A DNA stretch of 64,000 bases from Chiloscyllium plagiosum (lineage: Eukaryota), in contig NC_057719.1 of the NCBI RefSeq assembly GCF_004010195.1, positions 25,056,750 to 25,120,749 of the forward strand, in the 5' to 3' direction. A program made the translations under genes and the position numbers. Below are positions 49,556 to 62,399 of this stretch, in pieces. A model generated the notes under the pieces. It made no database searches. It was not told the DNA's origin and saw only the letters and a list, made by a program, of their open reading frames with translations. Numbering within the stretch: the first letter of the stretch is position 1; each line of letters begins with the position of its first letter.

Positions 49556-51576
49556 TGTTAGGTGTAGCTGTTGTTTTCTTTGCTTCCAGTGTGATGGGCC
49601 AAGTTTTAAACCTGGAGGTATAATGTAATTTTTCTCCTAGATATTTTTGAAAGACAGTGCTAGTGTAGTTGGGTACTTTTCAATAGAGTGTCACTTAAAT
49701 GAATACTAATTAGGTGTTGTATTTGGGGAGGGGGGCGGGTGTTGGTGGTGATGGTTCAATCCACAGAACCCACCTGAAACATTGTCATTTGGGTAGTCTC
49801 CTACCTCAGTTATGGTGGAAATCACTGAACTAAGCCCTGGGTGCTGTAAAGAATGTTTTGTTATTGCCATAATGATTGCCATTCTTTTTTAAAACCCATT
49901 GCAAACAATAATTAGGCCCACTGTAGCCTACATTTTGAGCAAGTTGTGAAATATGAACAAAATTTCTTATGATGGAGAGCAAGCTAATATATAACATTTT
50001 GAACAAGAGCTTACCAGGGCCTGGGAAAATTTTTCAGCAGGGGGCCCCTTAACCTTAAGAAAATGTTGAATGAATATTCATGTCAGCAGTTAAATCTGCC
50101 AGAATTTACTCTGGACAGCTAGTAATCCATTAGTAGTGCAGATTCGCAACTGATCCATTAAATGAGCAAGACTAGATGTTTTTGTGAAATGCATTGTTTG
50201 AAGCTTGTCAAACTATGGATTGGATGTTGCTGGATATAAATGTTTCTGAGCCAATGGGGAATAAAAATTCCACTGAATAATCAGTTTGGAATCTCACTTG
50301 AAAGTCTTTCAGGAAAGAAACCAAGATTTAGTGAATTTGGATGGGTTAGTGTAAAAGGAGAATCAATTTTGGATAACGTTTTTTGCCCCTGGTTTCATGA
50401 TGCCACCATTTTAAAAATTCTCTTTTTTTTTGCTTTCATATCCCTCCATGACCTTGCAAACATCCCCCACCCCTCTCTCGCCACCCCCAATATCTCTACA
50501 AGGGCTTATAGCCTTGCAATTGTTCAAATCTCTATACTCTACTTTTTGTTTCTTGTGCATCCCTGGTACTCATTGCTCAACAGCTTGTGCCTTCACCTGA
50601 CATGGCCTCCAGCTCTGAAATTCGCCTTCATAAACCTTTCCTCAATTTCTTCCATTGAGGCAACCCTTAAGTTTATGGATTTCAGTGAGGCTTTAGCTAA
50701 CAGTGCTAAATGCCTGGCTTGGTTTGCTATTGTGTTTTATAATGTTTCTGGGGTGCACTTTGGGGGTGTTATGACATTTAAATGTGCTATATGATTGCAG
50801 ATTATTGTTGTCCATTATCTAATGAATTGGAGTGGAAGTATTTTTCACTCTGGCAGCTGGCAGCTGGCTAAGCGTATTTGCTTTTGTGTAACATGTGAAT
50901 CAGGGATTGACATAACCCAAATATGAATGTAGCATCCATAAGGTGATATCAACCATATCTCATGTCATTTGCCTTTGAGCTAGATGTGTTGGGCGAAAAA
51001 ACTTTGTCCCGTGTTTAGTAGAATCCTGAAGTTGCCCTTTGCTATTATAGTAGATTGAATGAGGTTTGGCATAATGTTGATTGTCCAAAATCTTTTATCC
51101 CAAACTCAGTGTTCAAAATGCTGAAAATAAATAATCTGTAGAACAAAGTCCCATATATTAAATTAAAACAAAGACTGGAATTGCCTCGGAGTGTGCAGAT
51201 TTTTGTTGGCTGTGTATTATCATTTAAAATAGACAGTATTTAGGGTATTGTAAAGTTCTAAGATGTTGTGCTGCACAGTAATTCACTTGCATGTAGATTT
51301 GTACATCAGTTGACACTGTGCTATACAATGTTATAAATGTGGAATAGAATTTGTTTAATGTACGTTACATATAAATGTCTTAAATGGCTTTTTGGTTGAA
51401 CTTACTAGCTCAGTTGTACCTAGTTTTGTAGTAAGTATTATGACTTCTTATGGAACCTTTAAGAGAAAGGCCAAAAAGGTTGTATAAAATCCTCCGGGTA
51501 ATCACTACCTTTATATGGGGATCCTCACCATATTTGGAAGTGACAAAACTGCAAAAGTAGGTTGTAATTGAAGGTT

Positions 51577-51739
51577 AAAAGCAAATTACTGCGGATGCTG
51601 GAATCTGAAACCAAAAGAGAAAATGCTGGAAAATCTCAGCAGGTCTGGCAGCATCTGTAAGGAGAGAAAAGAGCTGACGTTTTGAGTCTAACTGACCCTT
51701 TGTCAAAGCTAGCATTTTTCCAGCATTTTCTCTTTTGGT
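51577..51739. mobile_element. Fold-back PLE-derived mini-element with a 15-bp TSD
   Basis: aaaccaaaagagaaaatgctggaaaa / ttttccagcattttctcttttggttt inverted arms; TSD ttgtaattgaaggtt at 51562-51576/51740-51754. Confidence 0.8.
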
Positions 51740-53199
51740 TTGTAATTGAAGGTTGTCATGGGAAACAAATTAGCACTTGTTGTATTTTATTACTTTTTAG
51801 TTAGGGGTCAAAAGGTCTGAGGCATTGATAAGCCACCACTGGAAGTTCTATATAAAAAGTATGGATTGTTGTGTTGGAACTCTACTTGCATCCCCAGCAT
51901 TGCTGTTTCCTGGTTTTTTTTGCAACTCTATTTGCTTCTCAATGTGTCAATTCAAACATAATTATAACAACATATACTGGAGTAGGAAATATGACTGTGA
52001 ACAGTGAGCATGAGCAGGCTATTAAACCAATCCTGCTTTCTTTCAACAAAGACCAATAGGTATTGCTCATAAGTGGGAATGTCTTCCAGTTGCACATTTC
52101 AATAAACCACATTATTCTTGTGTTAACATTTCCATCCTAGGCCCACTACAGTGTTCTAGTGAAGCTCAATACCAACTGGAAGTATAGCACCTCATTTTCT
52201 GCTTAGGCATTTTACAACCTTCTGGACTTAACGTTGAGTACAACAACTTTAGACTGTGAACACTGTTCACCATTTTGCTCTCAGCAGTGCCACCCCATTT
52301 TCTCCTGTTCAAATCTACCATTCACACTTATTTTATATCTCAATTGCTCCTTTACAAGTATCAGGACTCCCTTTAGTTTTTTGCTCAGGGCACCCTCACC
52401 ATTTGTTCTACTGGCTCCACCTCTGCCTTTTCAACAGGATAGAAAACTTAATATTCTAGACCTATAAAGGCTGACTTCTATGAATGTTGGAAATCTGAAA
52501 CTGATGTCGAGAATGCTGGAGAAATTCAAATGGAGGGTCATACCTGATTTGAAATAGTAACTCAGCATCCTTGGAAAGAGAAACAGCTTGAGTTGGTAAG
52601 CTTCAACCGCATTCTGTGTTTATCTTTGTCCAGCCCTCTTTGGTTCTGCAGATGAGTCAGTTGGATTCAACATTATCTCTGTGTTTCTCTCTCAGCAATT
52701 GCTGCCATGTCTGACTTTCTCCAGCACTTTATTTTTATTTCACATTTCCAGTGCTTGCAGTATTTTGTTTAATGTATGGGAATACCTCATTTTGGATTTC
52801 CTTCTGTTGCTGATCTCTACAACCTTGGGACTCTGCTTCATTTGGTTTACAGCTGTATCAATCTAATTCTTAGTGCAAACTCTGACTCGATAGAAGAAAT
52901 GTTTCTCCTTCCTTTGCTTGTTTCCTGTGATGGCCAATGTGATTTTGAGTGCAGACTTGTTTGCATGTTAGTCTAATGGTCCTTTCCAGAACTAAATTTC
53001 CCTGGAAAATGATTTCTTATTAAAAGTAATTTTCTGTCAAGAACTTATCATGTAACCAAACAATAAACTTAAAGGGGTTTATAAAAAGGGACAACAAAAG
53101 TTAATTAAAGCAGGAGAAATTGATTCCAGGATATCTTCTGTTTTCAAATTCTGGTGTGCCTGCTGTTGGAAATATGTTGTGAGACTTGTAAATCTTTTC

Positions 53200-53660
53200 C
53201 CAACCTTTTTCAAGGATGTTGCCAAGTTTGGAGGGTTTGAGATACAGGGAGAGTCTGAATAGGCTGGGGCTATTTTCACTGAAGCATTGGAGGCTGAGGG
53301 TTGATCTTCTGGAGGTTTATAAAATCATGAGGGGCATTGATAGGGTGAATAGTCGAGTCTTTTTCCCAGAGTAAAGGAGGCCAAAACTAGAGGGCATATG
53401 TTTTGGGTGAGAGGGGAAAGATAAAATGGAGCTAAGGGGCAATTTATTCGTGGTGTGTGTATGGAATGAGCTCCCAGAGATGATGGTGGAGGCTGTTAAA
53501 ATCGCAGCATTTAAAAGGGATCTGGATGGGTACATGAATAGGAAGGCTTGTGGGCCAAATGCTGGCAAATGGGACTAGATTAATTCAGAAAATCTGGTTG
53601 GTGTGGACGAATTGGACCAAAGTGTTTGTTTCCATGCTGTACAGCTCTATATCTCTAAGC
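53200..53660 (+). mobile_element. CR1 3' fragment
   Basis: aggatgttgcc...ggaggctgagg...aaaactagagggcat...gtttccatgctgtac tail. Confidence 0.85.
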
Positions 53661-53777
53661 AGTTGAATTTAGAATAAGCTGACTGTTTGATAGGCATATG
53701 CTCTGCAGAATTCAACTTAAAATCTCTCTGCCTGAAAGTTTTTAAAAATGTTGATAACTGAATGAATGATTCTATAA

Positions 53778-54100
53778 ACACGGTGGCACAGTGGTTAGCA
53801 CTGCTGCCTCACTGTTCTAGGGAATGGGGTTTGATTCCACCCTCATTCAACTATCTCTGTGGAGGTTGCACATTTTCCTTGTGTCTGTGTTTGATCCCTC
53901 CAAGTGCTCTGATTCCCTCCCACCGTCCAAAGATGTGCAAGTTGGGTGAATTGGCCATGCTAAATTACCGATAGTGCCCAGGGATGTGTAGGTTAGGTGT
54001 GTTGGCCAGGGGAAATTGTAGGGTTACAGGGATGGGGTAGGGGGATGGCCTGGTTGGGATGCTCTTCAGAGACTTGAATGGCCTGTTTCCACGCAGTTGA
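53778..54100 (+). mobile_element. HE1/V-SINE
   Basis: cacggtggcacagtggttagcactgctgcctcac head; ttggccatgctaaatt core; ggcctgtttccac tail. Confidence 0.85.
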
Positions 54101-54318
54101 GATACTACTTTTCAAAAAAAGATCAATAATGAGTTAGATTCCTGGGATAGCTAAGCTGAGAAGAGTGTTCCCAGATGGAAAACCCCAGAGTTGAAGGACA
54201 GCCTAATGTTCGGAGCTGAGGTGGCTATGCTTAAGATACTAATGAAGCTTGTCTTAAACTGGAAGTCTTCCGTTGAAACCTCCTCCAACCATTCCATGCT
54301 GAAGACCTTGCCAGAAGT

Positions 54319-54761
54319 AAGTTAAAAATCACACGGCATCAGGTTATAGTTCAACAGGTTTATTTGGAAGCACTAGCTTTCAGAGCGCTGCTCCTTCATC
54401 AGGTGGTTGTGTCAACTTGAGCGGGTTCATGATCCGTAATCCTTTTGATCTTTTCCTGCATTTCTGCAGAAACTTGATTGTGTGTCGATATGTGCAATCT
54501 TCTTGGAGATCCTCTCGACTTTAAGCCAGCAGTTAGTGATGTCGGTGGTAGTCATGATTTGGAGATGCTGGTGTTGGACTGGGGTGCACAAAGTTTTAAA
54601 ATCACAGGTTATAGTCCAACAGGTTTATTTAGAAGCACTAGCTTTCAGACCGCTGCTCCTTCAAAGCTCGTGCTTCCAAATAAACCAGTTGGACTATTAC
54701 CTGGTGTTGAGTGATTTTTAACTTTGTACACCCTAGTCCAACACCGGCATCTCAAACATGA
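54319..54761. mobile_element. Composite PLE-derived insertion (tandem plus inverted termini) with a 12-bp TSD
   Basis: TSD cttgccagaagt at 54307-54318/54762-54773; 54554-54760 is a palindrome with ~90-bp arms; a third partial terminus lies at 54320-54410. Confidence 0.8.
54371..54405 (-). ncRNA. Minimal hammerhead ribozyme motif, second family
   Basis: Minus strand: cac-CTGATGA-A-GGAGC-agc-GCTCT-GAAA-GCTA-gtg; 3-bp stem I, 5-bp stem II, palindromic AGCU stem III, CUA triplet. Confidence 0.65.
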
Positions 54762-57193
54762 CTTGCCAGAAGTGGCAAGCCTGTGAAATTCGTTTATAAA
54801 AACTTGGAAACAGTTACATTTTCCAGTTTCTGTGTTTCTGACTTGTGTTTTTGATGTAAGTCAACTGATAGAGAAAAATATCAGAATTAAGTTGAGACTA
54901 TGACTAACCTTATTCATCGTAACTTTAATATCTTTAATATGACATTCTAGATAAGGTAGAGGTAGTTATTAGTTTGCACCTAATTTTGATTTCTGTTTTA
55001 AACAGTGGCTTCATTTTGTTAGTAGATACCTGGGTTTTCTGGTTCAAAAATAAAGTAAAACTTACCAATGTCTATTGAAGTCAGAACACCAAGCAGATCA
55101 ATAAAATAGACAAGATCTTTGTTTTCCTAATTAGACATTCAAATGAACTGGGTGAAGTGGAAGCAAAAGATAATGTGGTATTTTTATATTCTTCCTTGGA
55201 GAATGCGATGAGCAGGATCTGAAGTTCAGCTTCCCCATGTGTTGGTCTGCTTGCATCATGAAGATTTATTATACTGGGTGTAAATATGTTGAGGCACCAG
55301 AGTGAATTTGGCTGTTTGATAAAATATTGGAGGCAGTTGTTACTGCCGCAGGAGCCTGAGGAAACATTGTTTAATACCAGAAACGTGACCATTTATTTTG
55401 AGTGCTTGCATTCTCAGTAGTTCACAGCACTGACATGTGATCAGATTGCCCTTTGTAACCTATAGGCATTTTTTTTTGTCATTTATGGGATGCTTGCTAG
55501 CTGGGTCACCATTTATCCTCAATTGTCCTCAAGAAGGTGTGATGAACATGTCTTTGAGCACTAGCAGTTGTGTTATAGTTGTGCTATTGAGAAGTGAGTT
55601 ACAGAATTTTGACTCATGACCATGAAGAAACACTGATTTATAGTTGCAAGTCAGGATGTTGTGTGGTTCAGAGGAGAAATTAAAGGTGGTAATGCTTCCT
55701 TGCTTCTACTGCCCTTGTCCTCCAAGGTGATAGAGGTCATGGGTGTAGAAGGTACCTTGGTGAAAGTACCTTGTGTGGATGGCATACACTGTTGCCACTG
55801 TGCAGTGGTGAAAGGAGTGAATGTTGAAGATAGTGGATAGAATGCCAATCCAGTTGGTTGCTTTGTCTTAGATGGTATTGAGGATTTTCAGGTGTTGGAG
55901 CTGCATTTGACCAGGCAAGTGGATCAATCCTGTCTTGAGAGAGTTTGATATATATTTCAGCAATTCATAATTAGAATGTATGTAGATTGAAATTAATACC
56001 AATTATTTTCTATCCTGTTATACATAGTTAATGAGAAATGTTTTCTTGATAAAGAAGAGGCACAATTGGGTTTTATGACCAAAAAATGCATGTGGAATAG
56101 TTTTAAACATTTTAATTTAAAAAAAAATGTTTGCTTCTCGTGTCAAATTACATTTTTTGCTGGCCATGAAGCTAGATAGTTCATTTTTAGAGTTTTGCTA
56201 ATGCAGACCTCAATGACTTGTTTTAGTGTCATTAGTCTGATTAACCTGCCATCCTCTCCTTTCCAAGGTATCTTGGCTAAAAGTGGGCATTCTCTGTGTA
56301 TGGGGATCGATGATTGATTGGTTATTAATTTGAATGTTGAAAACACCTAATTGAGGTGTTTGGGATGATTAAAGGATTTTGATAGGGTAGAAAGTATTTT
56401 TTTAGGCTTCCTTGTTCTATACCTAATGTTAAACTGAGTCAGGCTTTTTCAGGGACGATCTCAAAAATGGGGGTTGACAGTCTAAACTGTTCCAAACACT
56501 CAGAAGGCTAGGTTATTAAGAATTGGTAAATTTCAGAGATTTGACAAAAACCTAAGTATTGAAGAATAGTCTCTGGATTAAAAACATATAACTTTGCTTT
56601 CTCTCCACAGATGCGCTGAGTGTTCCCAGCAATTTCTGTTTTTCTTTGAGATTTGTTAGGTAAGGGTAATAAACATTTATAAACATGGAGTTAAGGTGCA
56701 GATTAGTCATGGCCTAACTGGATAATGGAACAGATTCAAAGGACTGAATGTTCTACTGCTGCCCAGTTATCTTCATGGTGTAACTCCAATGTAATGGATT
56801 AGTCTGGTGCTGCAATTGTTTTTCATAAATCGGGGTCACTATAGGAGCACAATACTTGGCTTGAGCACCCTGACATAGGAGAGAATATTTGGGTGAGCCT
56901 CTGGTTCTGTCCCAGTGAGTTGCTGCTAGATAACACTGTTGTGGAAACCTTGGTGGAGGTGAGGATCAGCCTTTGCTTCAATGCACCCTGTATAATACCA
57001 ACCCTGAATTGGGCTTGACTTTCCTTTGAAGAATGGGTAACACGTTAAAGGATTGCTCATAATTCTCAAGCTATAATGTCTCAAGAATCAATGCCTTTGG
57101 AGAAAAGGAGAAGAACATTTTTCTTTTGTGTTTCTTAAATAGCTTTATGGTCACTGTTATGCTTTATGGCATTAAGGAGAGACTGTAGAGTGA

Positions 57194-58214
57194 TAGTGAG
57201 ATTTGAGAAGATTTGTAAGTCAGGTCGAGGTTCTGGATGTAGGTTTGTTCACTGAGCTGGAAGGTTCATTTTTCAGATGTTTTGTCACTGTACTAGGTAA
57301 CATCTTCAACGAGCTTCCAGACGAAGCACTACTGGTGTTTCCTGCTTTCTATTTATATGGTTGGGTTTCCATGGGCTGGTGATATCATTTCCTGTGGTGA
57401 CATCATTTCCTGTTCTTTTTCTTAGGGGGTGGTAGATGGGATCCAAGTCAATGTGTTTGTTGAAAGAGTTCTGGTAGGAATACCATGCTTCTAGAAATTC
57501 TTGTGTGTGTCTCTGTTTGACTTGTCCTAGGATGGCTGTGTTGTCCCAGTTGAAGTGGTGTCCTTCCTTATCTGTATGTAAGGATACTAACCACTCTCCC
57601 CTACATCAAATACAATTTGAAATTGATTGCTAGACTATTCAGACCTCTTGGCATCATGGTAGCCCACAAACCCACCAACACACTAAAACAGCAGCTAATG
57701 AACTTGAAAGGCCCTGTACAGACAACAAGCAAAACTAATGTCATTTACAAAATACCATGCAAGAACTGTAACAAACACTACATTGGACAAACAAGCAGAA
57801 AACTAGCCACCAGGATGCATGAACATCAACTAGCCACAAAACAACATGACCCTCTCTCACGAGTATCCTTACATACAGATAAGGAAGGACACCACTTCGA
57901 CTGGTACAACATATCCATCCTAGGACAAGCCAAACGGACACACGCACGAGAATTCCTAGAAGCATGATATTCCAACTGGAACTCTATCAACAAACACATT
58001 GACTTGATCCCATTTACCACCCCTGAAAAAAGAACAGGAAATGATATCACCATAGGAAATGACATCACCAACCCAAGGAATCCCAAACCTATAAATAGAA
58101 AGTAGGAAACACCAGCAGTGCTTCGTCTGGAGGCTCGCTGAAGATGTTACCTCGTATGGTGACAAAACATCTGAAAATGAACTTTCCAGCTCAGTGAGCA
58201 AACCTACATCTAGA
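57194..58214. mobile_element. Penelope (GIY-YIG) retroelement, 5'-truncated with an inverted terminal copy
   Basis: ORF 57617-57967 contains NVIYKIPCKNCNKHYIGQTSRKLATRMHEH (GIY-YIG). Arms about 57231-57588 (-) and 57862-58214 (+); TSD actgtagagtga at 57182-57193/58215-58226; decayed hammerhead at 58138-58171. Confidence 0.92.
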
Positions 58215-59894
58215 ACTGTAGAGTGAGCAATTATTTTAGTAAACAGGCATCCGTAACCAAGTGGCAGATGTTGGATGTCGTGACTTTTCTGAACTGTAAT
58301 TTATTTATTTTAGTGTACAAGAGACTTATATTTTCTGTAATAACTGTTACAATTATTTTATAGGTGGCTGTACAGATTTAAAAGTGGATGTGTAATGGGG
58401 ATCTTCAAGTTGGCACTCACTCACACATACATACAGTATGAATATTTGAATATCTTTTGACTGTTTTCAGGAAGGAGTTGGATGTAATTCTTAGGGTGTG
58501 GGGTGGAAGTGGTTGACATTCAGAACTGATCATATATTGATGACCAAGGGACTCAGTGTGCTACTCTTGCTCCTATTTTTAATGTTTCTACGTTGCTTGT
58601 TTAACTTGAAGCCATTGAGCCCTGGCATAAGTCCATTTTCAGTTCTGTCACTGTGTCCATCTAGATTAAAATTTTATCAAGTATTCCTCTTAATATAGGC
58701 TATGTTTATCATCTTCATCATTTCTAGTGTTCTTTTGTGGTTGCATAAATAAGGCGGTGTCTCATTCCTTTTTTTCCTGAAGGCACAGACTGTTCTTAAG
58801 GTATTTGCCAAGATCTGGTACTTGGCTTCAAATGTAAGCCAAGATACCGGGTCCTAAGATTTAGCAGCAATGTTGACAAACTAGCTTGATTGAGCGTAGT
58901 TAGCTTGATGCAGGCTGGAGATCCTATTTTGGCATATTATCGAGTGAGTGTGGGAGAGCTTGGTGAAGATCTCTATGACACTCTGCCAACTAATCTGTCA
59001 CATTTCAATTAGCTGTCCACACACAGTATGTAAGGTAGAATCTTACAGATTACTGATGATCCTGTGTATGGTTGAATTGACACATACGTCTTAATGTTGG
59101 AATAACTGCTGTTGTTGTGTAAACACTCAATGCTGTAAGTTGCTGTAATTTGTGCCTAAGGGTTGTTTCCTTCACATTTTAACAGCATTATATAATGTAT
59201 ACAGTTAAAAAGAATTCATCTCCTGCAGAAGAATGAGACTTGGAATTCTTCATTATATGTTTTCGAGAGATATACTTTTGGTCCTCCAAGCCTCTTCAAG
59301 TTAGACTGCCTCAATGACTGATTATGTCTGGGTACCATAATCTCCTTTTGAGACTGAAATCACCAGCATTGCTGCAATTCCTTTTAAAGTGTATAATTAC
59401 TGGCAAAATTTCAACTTTTATCAAACTGCTATCTTCATTAAACTGTTCCTGAATCTCTCTGAGCTCCAATGTTTCTCAGCTGGATCAAGCAATTAGTACT
59501 TGTGGACGTTTTTCACCCTGCTTGGTGTGCATTGATCTATCAATGGCTCCTCGGGATTTTCTTCTACCATTTTTCCACGCCATGAACCACCACTTCCCAG
59601 CCGTTTGCAGTCCACTAACCAACAACACTCCTTCTGCTTTAGCATTCTCCTAACCACAAGCTAATTTCTCTCTTCCTTCAGTAAGAGAACTGAGATATTG
59701 AAACTAGAGAATATGCTTAGACACCCATCTCCATAATGCATAACTTGCTCTGATCTATCCTTGATCTGTCTTTTAGGGTAAGTAAATCATATTTTACAAT
59801 TTCTGCTTGGCTGAAGTCAATGGGTTTTACATCTTTGAGTTAACTAAGTGTTTTAGTATTTAGCTGTAACTCCCAAAACAATCACTATTTCATA

Positions 59895-60230
59895 AGATCC
59901 CTACAGTGTGGAGACAGGTCATTTAGCTCAGCAAGTCCACATCGACCCTCTGAAGAGCATTCCACCCAGACCTGTCCCCCTACCCTGTACTTCCAATGGC
60001 TAACGCACCTAACCTATACAACCCTGGAGAGTATGAGCAATTTTTAGCTTGGCCAATCCCCCCAAGTTGCACATCTTTGGATTGTGGGAGGAAACCGGAG
60101 CACCTGGAGGAAACCCATGCAGATACGGGAGAATGTGCAAACTCAATACAGACAGTCACTCGAGGGTGGAATTGAACTCGGTTCCCTGGCCCTGTGAGGC
60201 AGCAGTGCTAACTACTGAGCCACTGTGCTG
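59895..60230 (-). mobile_element. HE1/V-SINE
   Basis: Reverse complement of HE1 (gtgaggcagcagtgctaac; ggaggaaaccggagcacctggaggaaaccca). Confidence 0.88.
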
Positions 60231-61574
60231 TGGCCTGTCAAGACCACAGGCAGTAGAGACAGCATGCCTCCACTCTGCAAGCTCTCCTGACTTTACCTTT
60301 TTAGCTATTGACCTTGCAAAGTAACATGACCCTAAATATTTAAGACCCTCATGTGCATGAATTGCATTTATTCCATTTTCCGCAGTCAAACTTTAGCACC
60401 TAAAAATTACATAAGAGAGAACGTGAACCCGACATTGTGTCCTATTTCATCTGTCTTGATTAAATAGCCCTGATAGCTATCTAAATCTAATTGGAGTGGA
60501 CCAAGCTCTTTTTTTTTTCCCCTCAAATCCTACCTGAGATACTAAGATATTTAAACTTGAAGTTATTGTTCTTTTCTGACCTAGTTCCTCACACACCAAG
60601 TGGACCAATAATGTACATTGTAATCTAAATCTGGTCTAACCAAGGTCTTGTCTTGTACAAAGACAAACCAATGTGTTTTATTGTAGGTTGAATACACTTG
60701 TCTGTACAAACCAATTTGCTTTAGGTTTTGTTTACTTTGAATCTTAAGCTTTTTTCTGTTGACAATTTGCAATTCAGTTTGATGTAAAGAAGAATTATTG
60801 GTCTTGCCTGTGTACATAACCAAGATAAATGGTGTTATGTGCCACTTACTAGACCTTAGACCATCCTCCCAATTAATTTTAATCTGCTAACATAAATTTG
60901 TTCTTCACCCTGCAGCTTTGTTTGTATTGGATTCATGCCAAATTTTAATTCAGCTACGTTCACTATGTACAGTAGTGAAATGATCTACTTTGCATAGCGT
61001 GCAGTACGGTGGTGCTCAACATTGAGATCTGAAATGAAAATCATGTGGTGTAGGCAGGATGCAAGTAGCTCTGCTGTCTGTGTATTGACAGAGGGCTTGT
61101 ACTTGGGTTAATGCACAGGGAACCTCCAGTTTGCTTTCCTTTCTTTAACTTACCACAATCAATTCAGGAATCCAACTGTGAACGACATGTATAATAAATA
61201 CTCTTATGGTGCATTATAATTTGCACCATTCCATTCACTCTTGTCCCCTATGCTCACTGACCATGTCTGGCACTAATGCAGCAACATCTTGATTTTAACA
61301 ATCTCATCCTCTTCTCTCCCTATCATTGCAACCTCCTTTAGCTTTATGCTCTTGCAGAATTCTGTATTTGTATATGCAGCTTTCATTTCCTTTACCTTGC
61401 TGTTTGTGGCTGTGCCTTCAACCATTGGGGCCCTTAGCTCTGAAATTTCCCTTGTCAACCTTCTTGTCTCTCATGCCTTTTTTTCTTAGCTTTAACAGAA
61501 ACCCCTCTGAAAACAAAGGGCATTTGTTCAACTGTCTTAATATTTCCTATGTCTAGGTGTGAAATTTGGACTGA

Positions 61575-61805
61575 AGTAAAAGTGAAAAGTGAAGCCACCA
61601 TAGTCTTAGCAGATCATACAGCTGCTCTCTTTTAGAGAGAGAGAGAGAGACAACTGGCAGAGGTTTACTCGGAGGGTCACCACACCAGGCAAGGTAAAGA
61701 GGTTCAGAAGGAGAATCCTTCATGGTAACCTCCGTCGGTGTGGGAATTGAACCTGAACTGTTGGTGTCACTGAGCATTACGAACCAGCCATCCAATCAAT
61801 TGATC
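61575..61805 (-). mobile_element. tRNA-derived SINE, family not assigned
   Basis: Minus-strand tRNA-like head with B box ggttcaattcc, and a (cacttt)n-like tail. Confidence 0.6.
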
Positions 61806-62399
61806 TAGCATACATCTAAAATTCACAGCTTGTAACGGCTGGGAATAATGCTTTCTTTGAAACGTGTTGCAAAGTTACCTTTATTCCTCAGCGCTAGGAT
61901 TTAGCAGCTCCCAAAATGCTGGCTTACAGTATTCCTGTGGGAAATCAAGAGCAGGTGTAGTATCTTTTCACTCTATTCTGCTCTTTGAATGTCTGCAAGT
62001 CGAGCAACATAAGCCTTACCTGCAGGTTGTCTGTTCTCCTTCTCAGTTTGGGAATGAAGGGTAGAGGATAGAATGGAATTGAGGACAAGTTAACATTCAT
62101 TTGATTCATCTAAAATTAACATAATAATCTCTAAGTGACATCATGATCACAAACTAGGCGTATCCTCCGAGTGGTCTGTGAACTAAGGTTTTCTTGTATA
62201 CGCTCCTATTAACTTGTTGTATGTTTTGATTACTAAAAAAATGACCAGCAGTGCAGCTTTGTTTTAAAACAAGATCAAAAGTTGGTTTAATATGTAGCTA
62301 TTGCTGTAAGTTAATTGAGTAAAAAGTAAAGTTATTAGCTAAAACACATACAAAGACTTGAAATAAGTAAGAATAAAAGTTACACATCAAGAGGAATAT

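Noticed and set aside
50240..50794. Longest ORF in the track (184 aa, hydrophobic)
   Set aside because: No recognisable domain or splice context; T-rich intronic sequence overlapping an old repeat-like segment.
58471..58495. ttttcag|GAAGGAGTTGGATGTAATTCTTAGG as an ITPK1 micro-exon
   Set aside because: The peptide does not match ITPK1 and the sequence resembles an old CR1 3' fragment.
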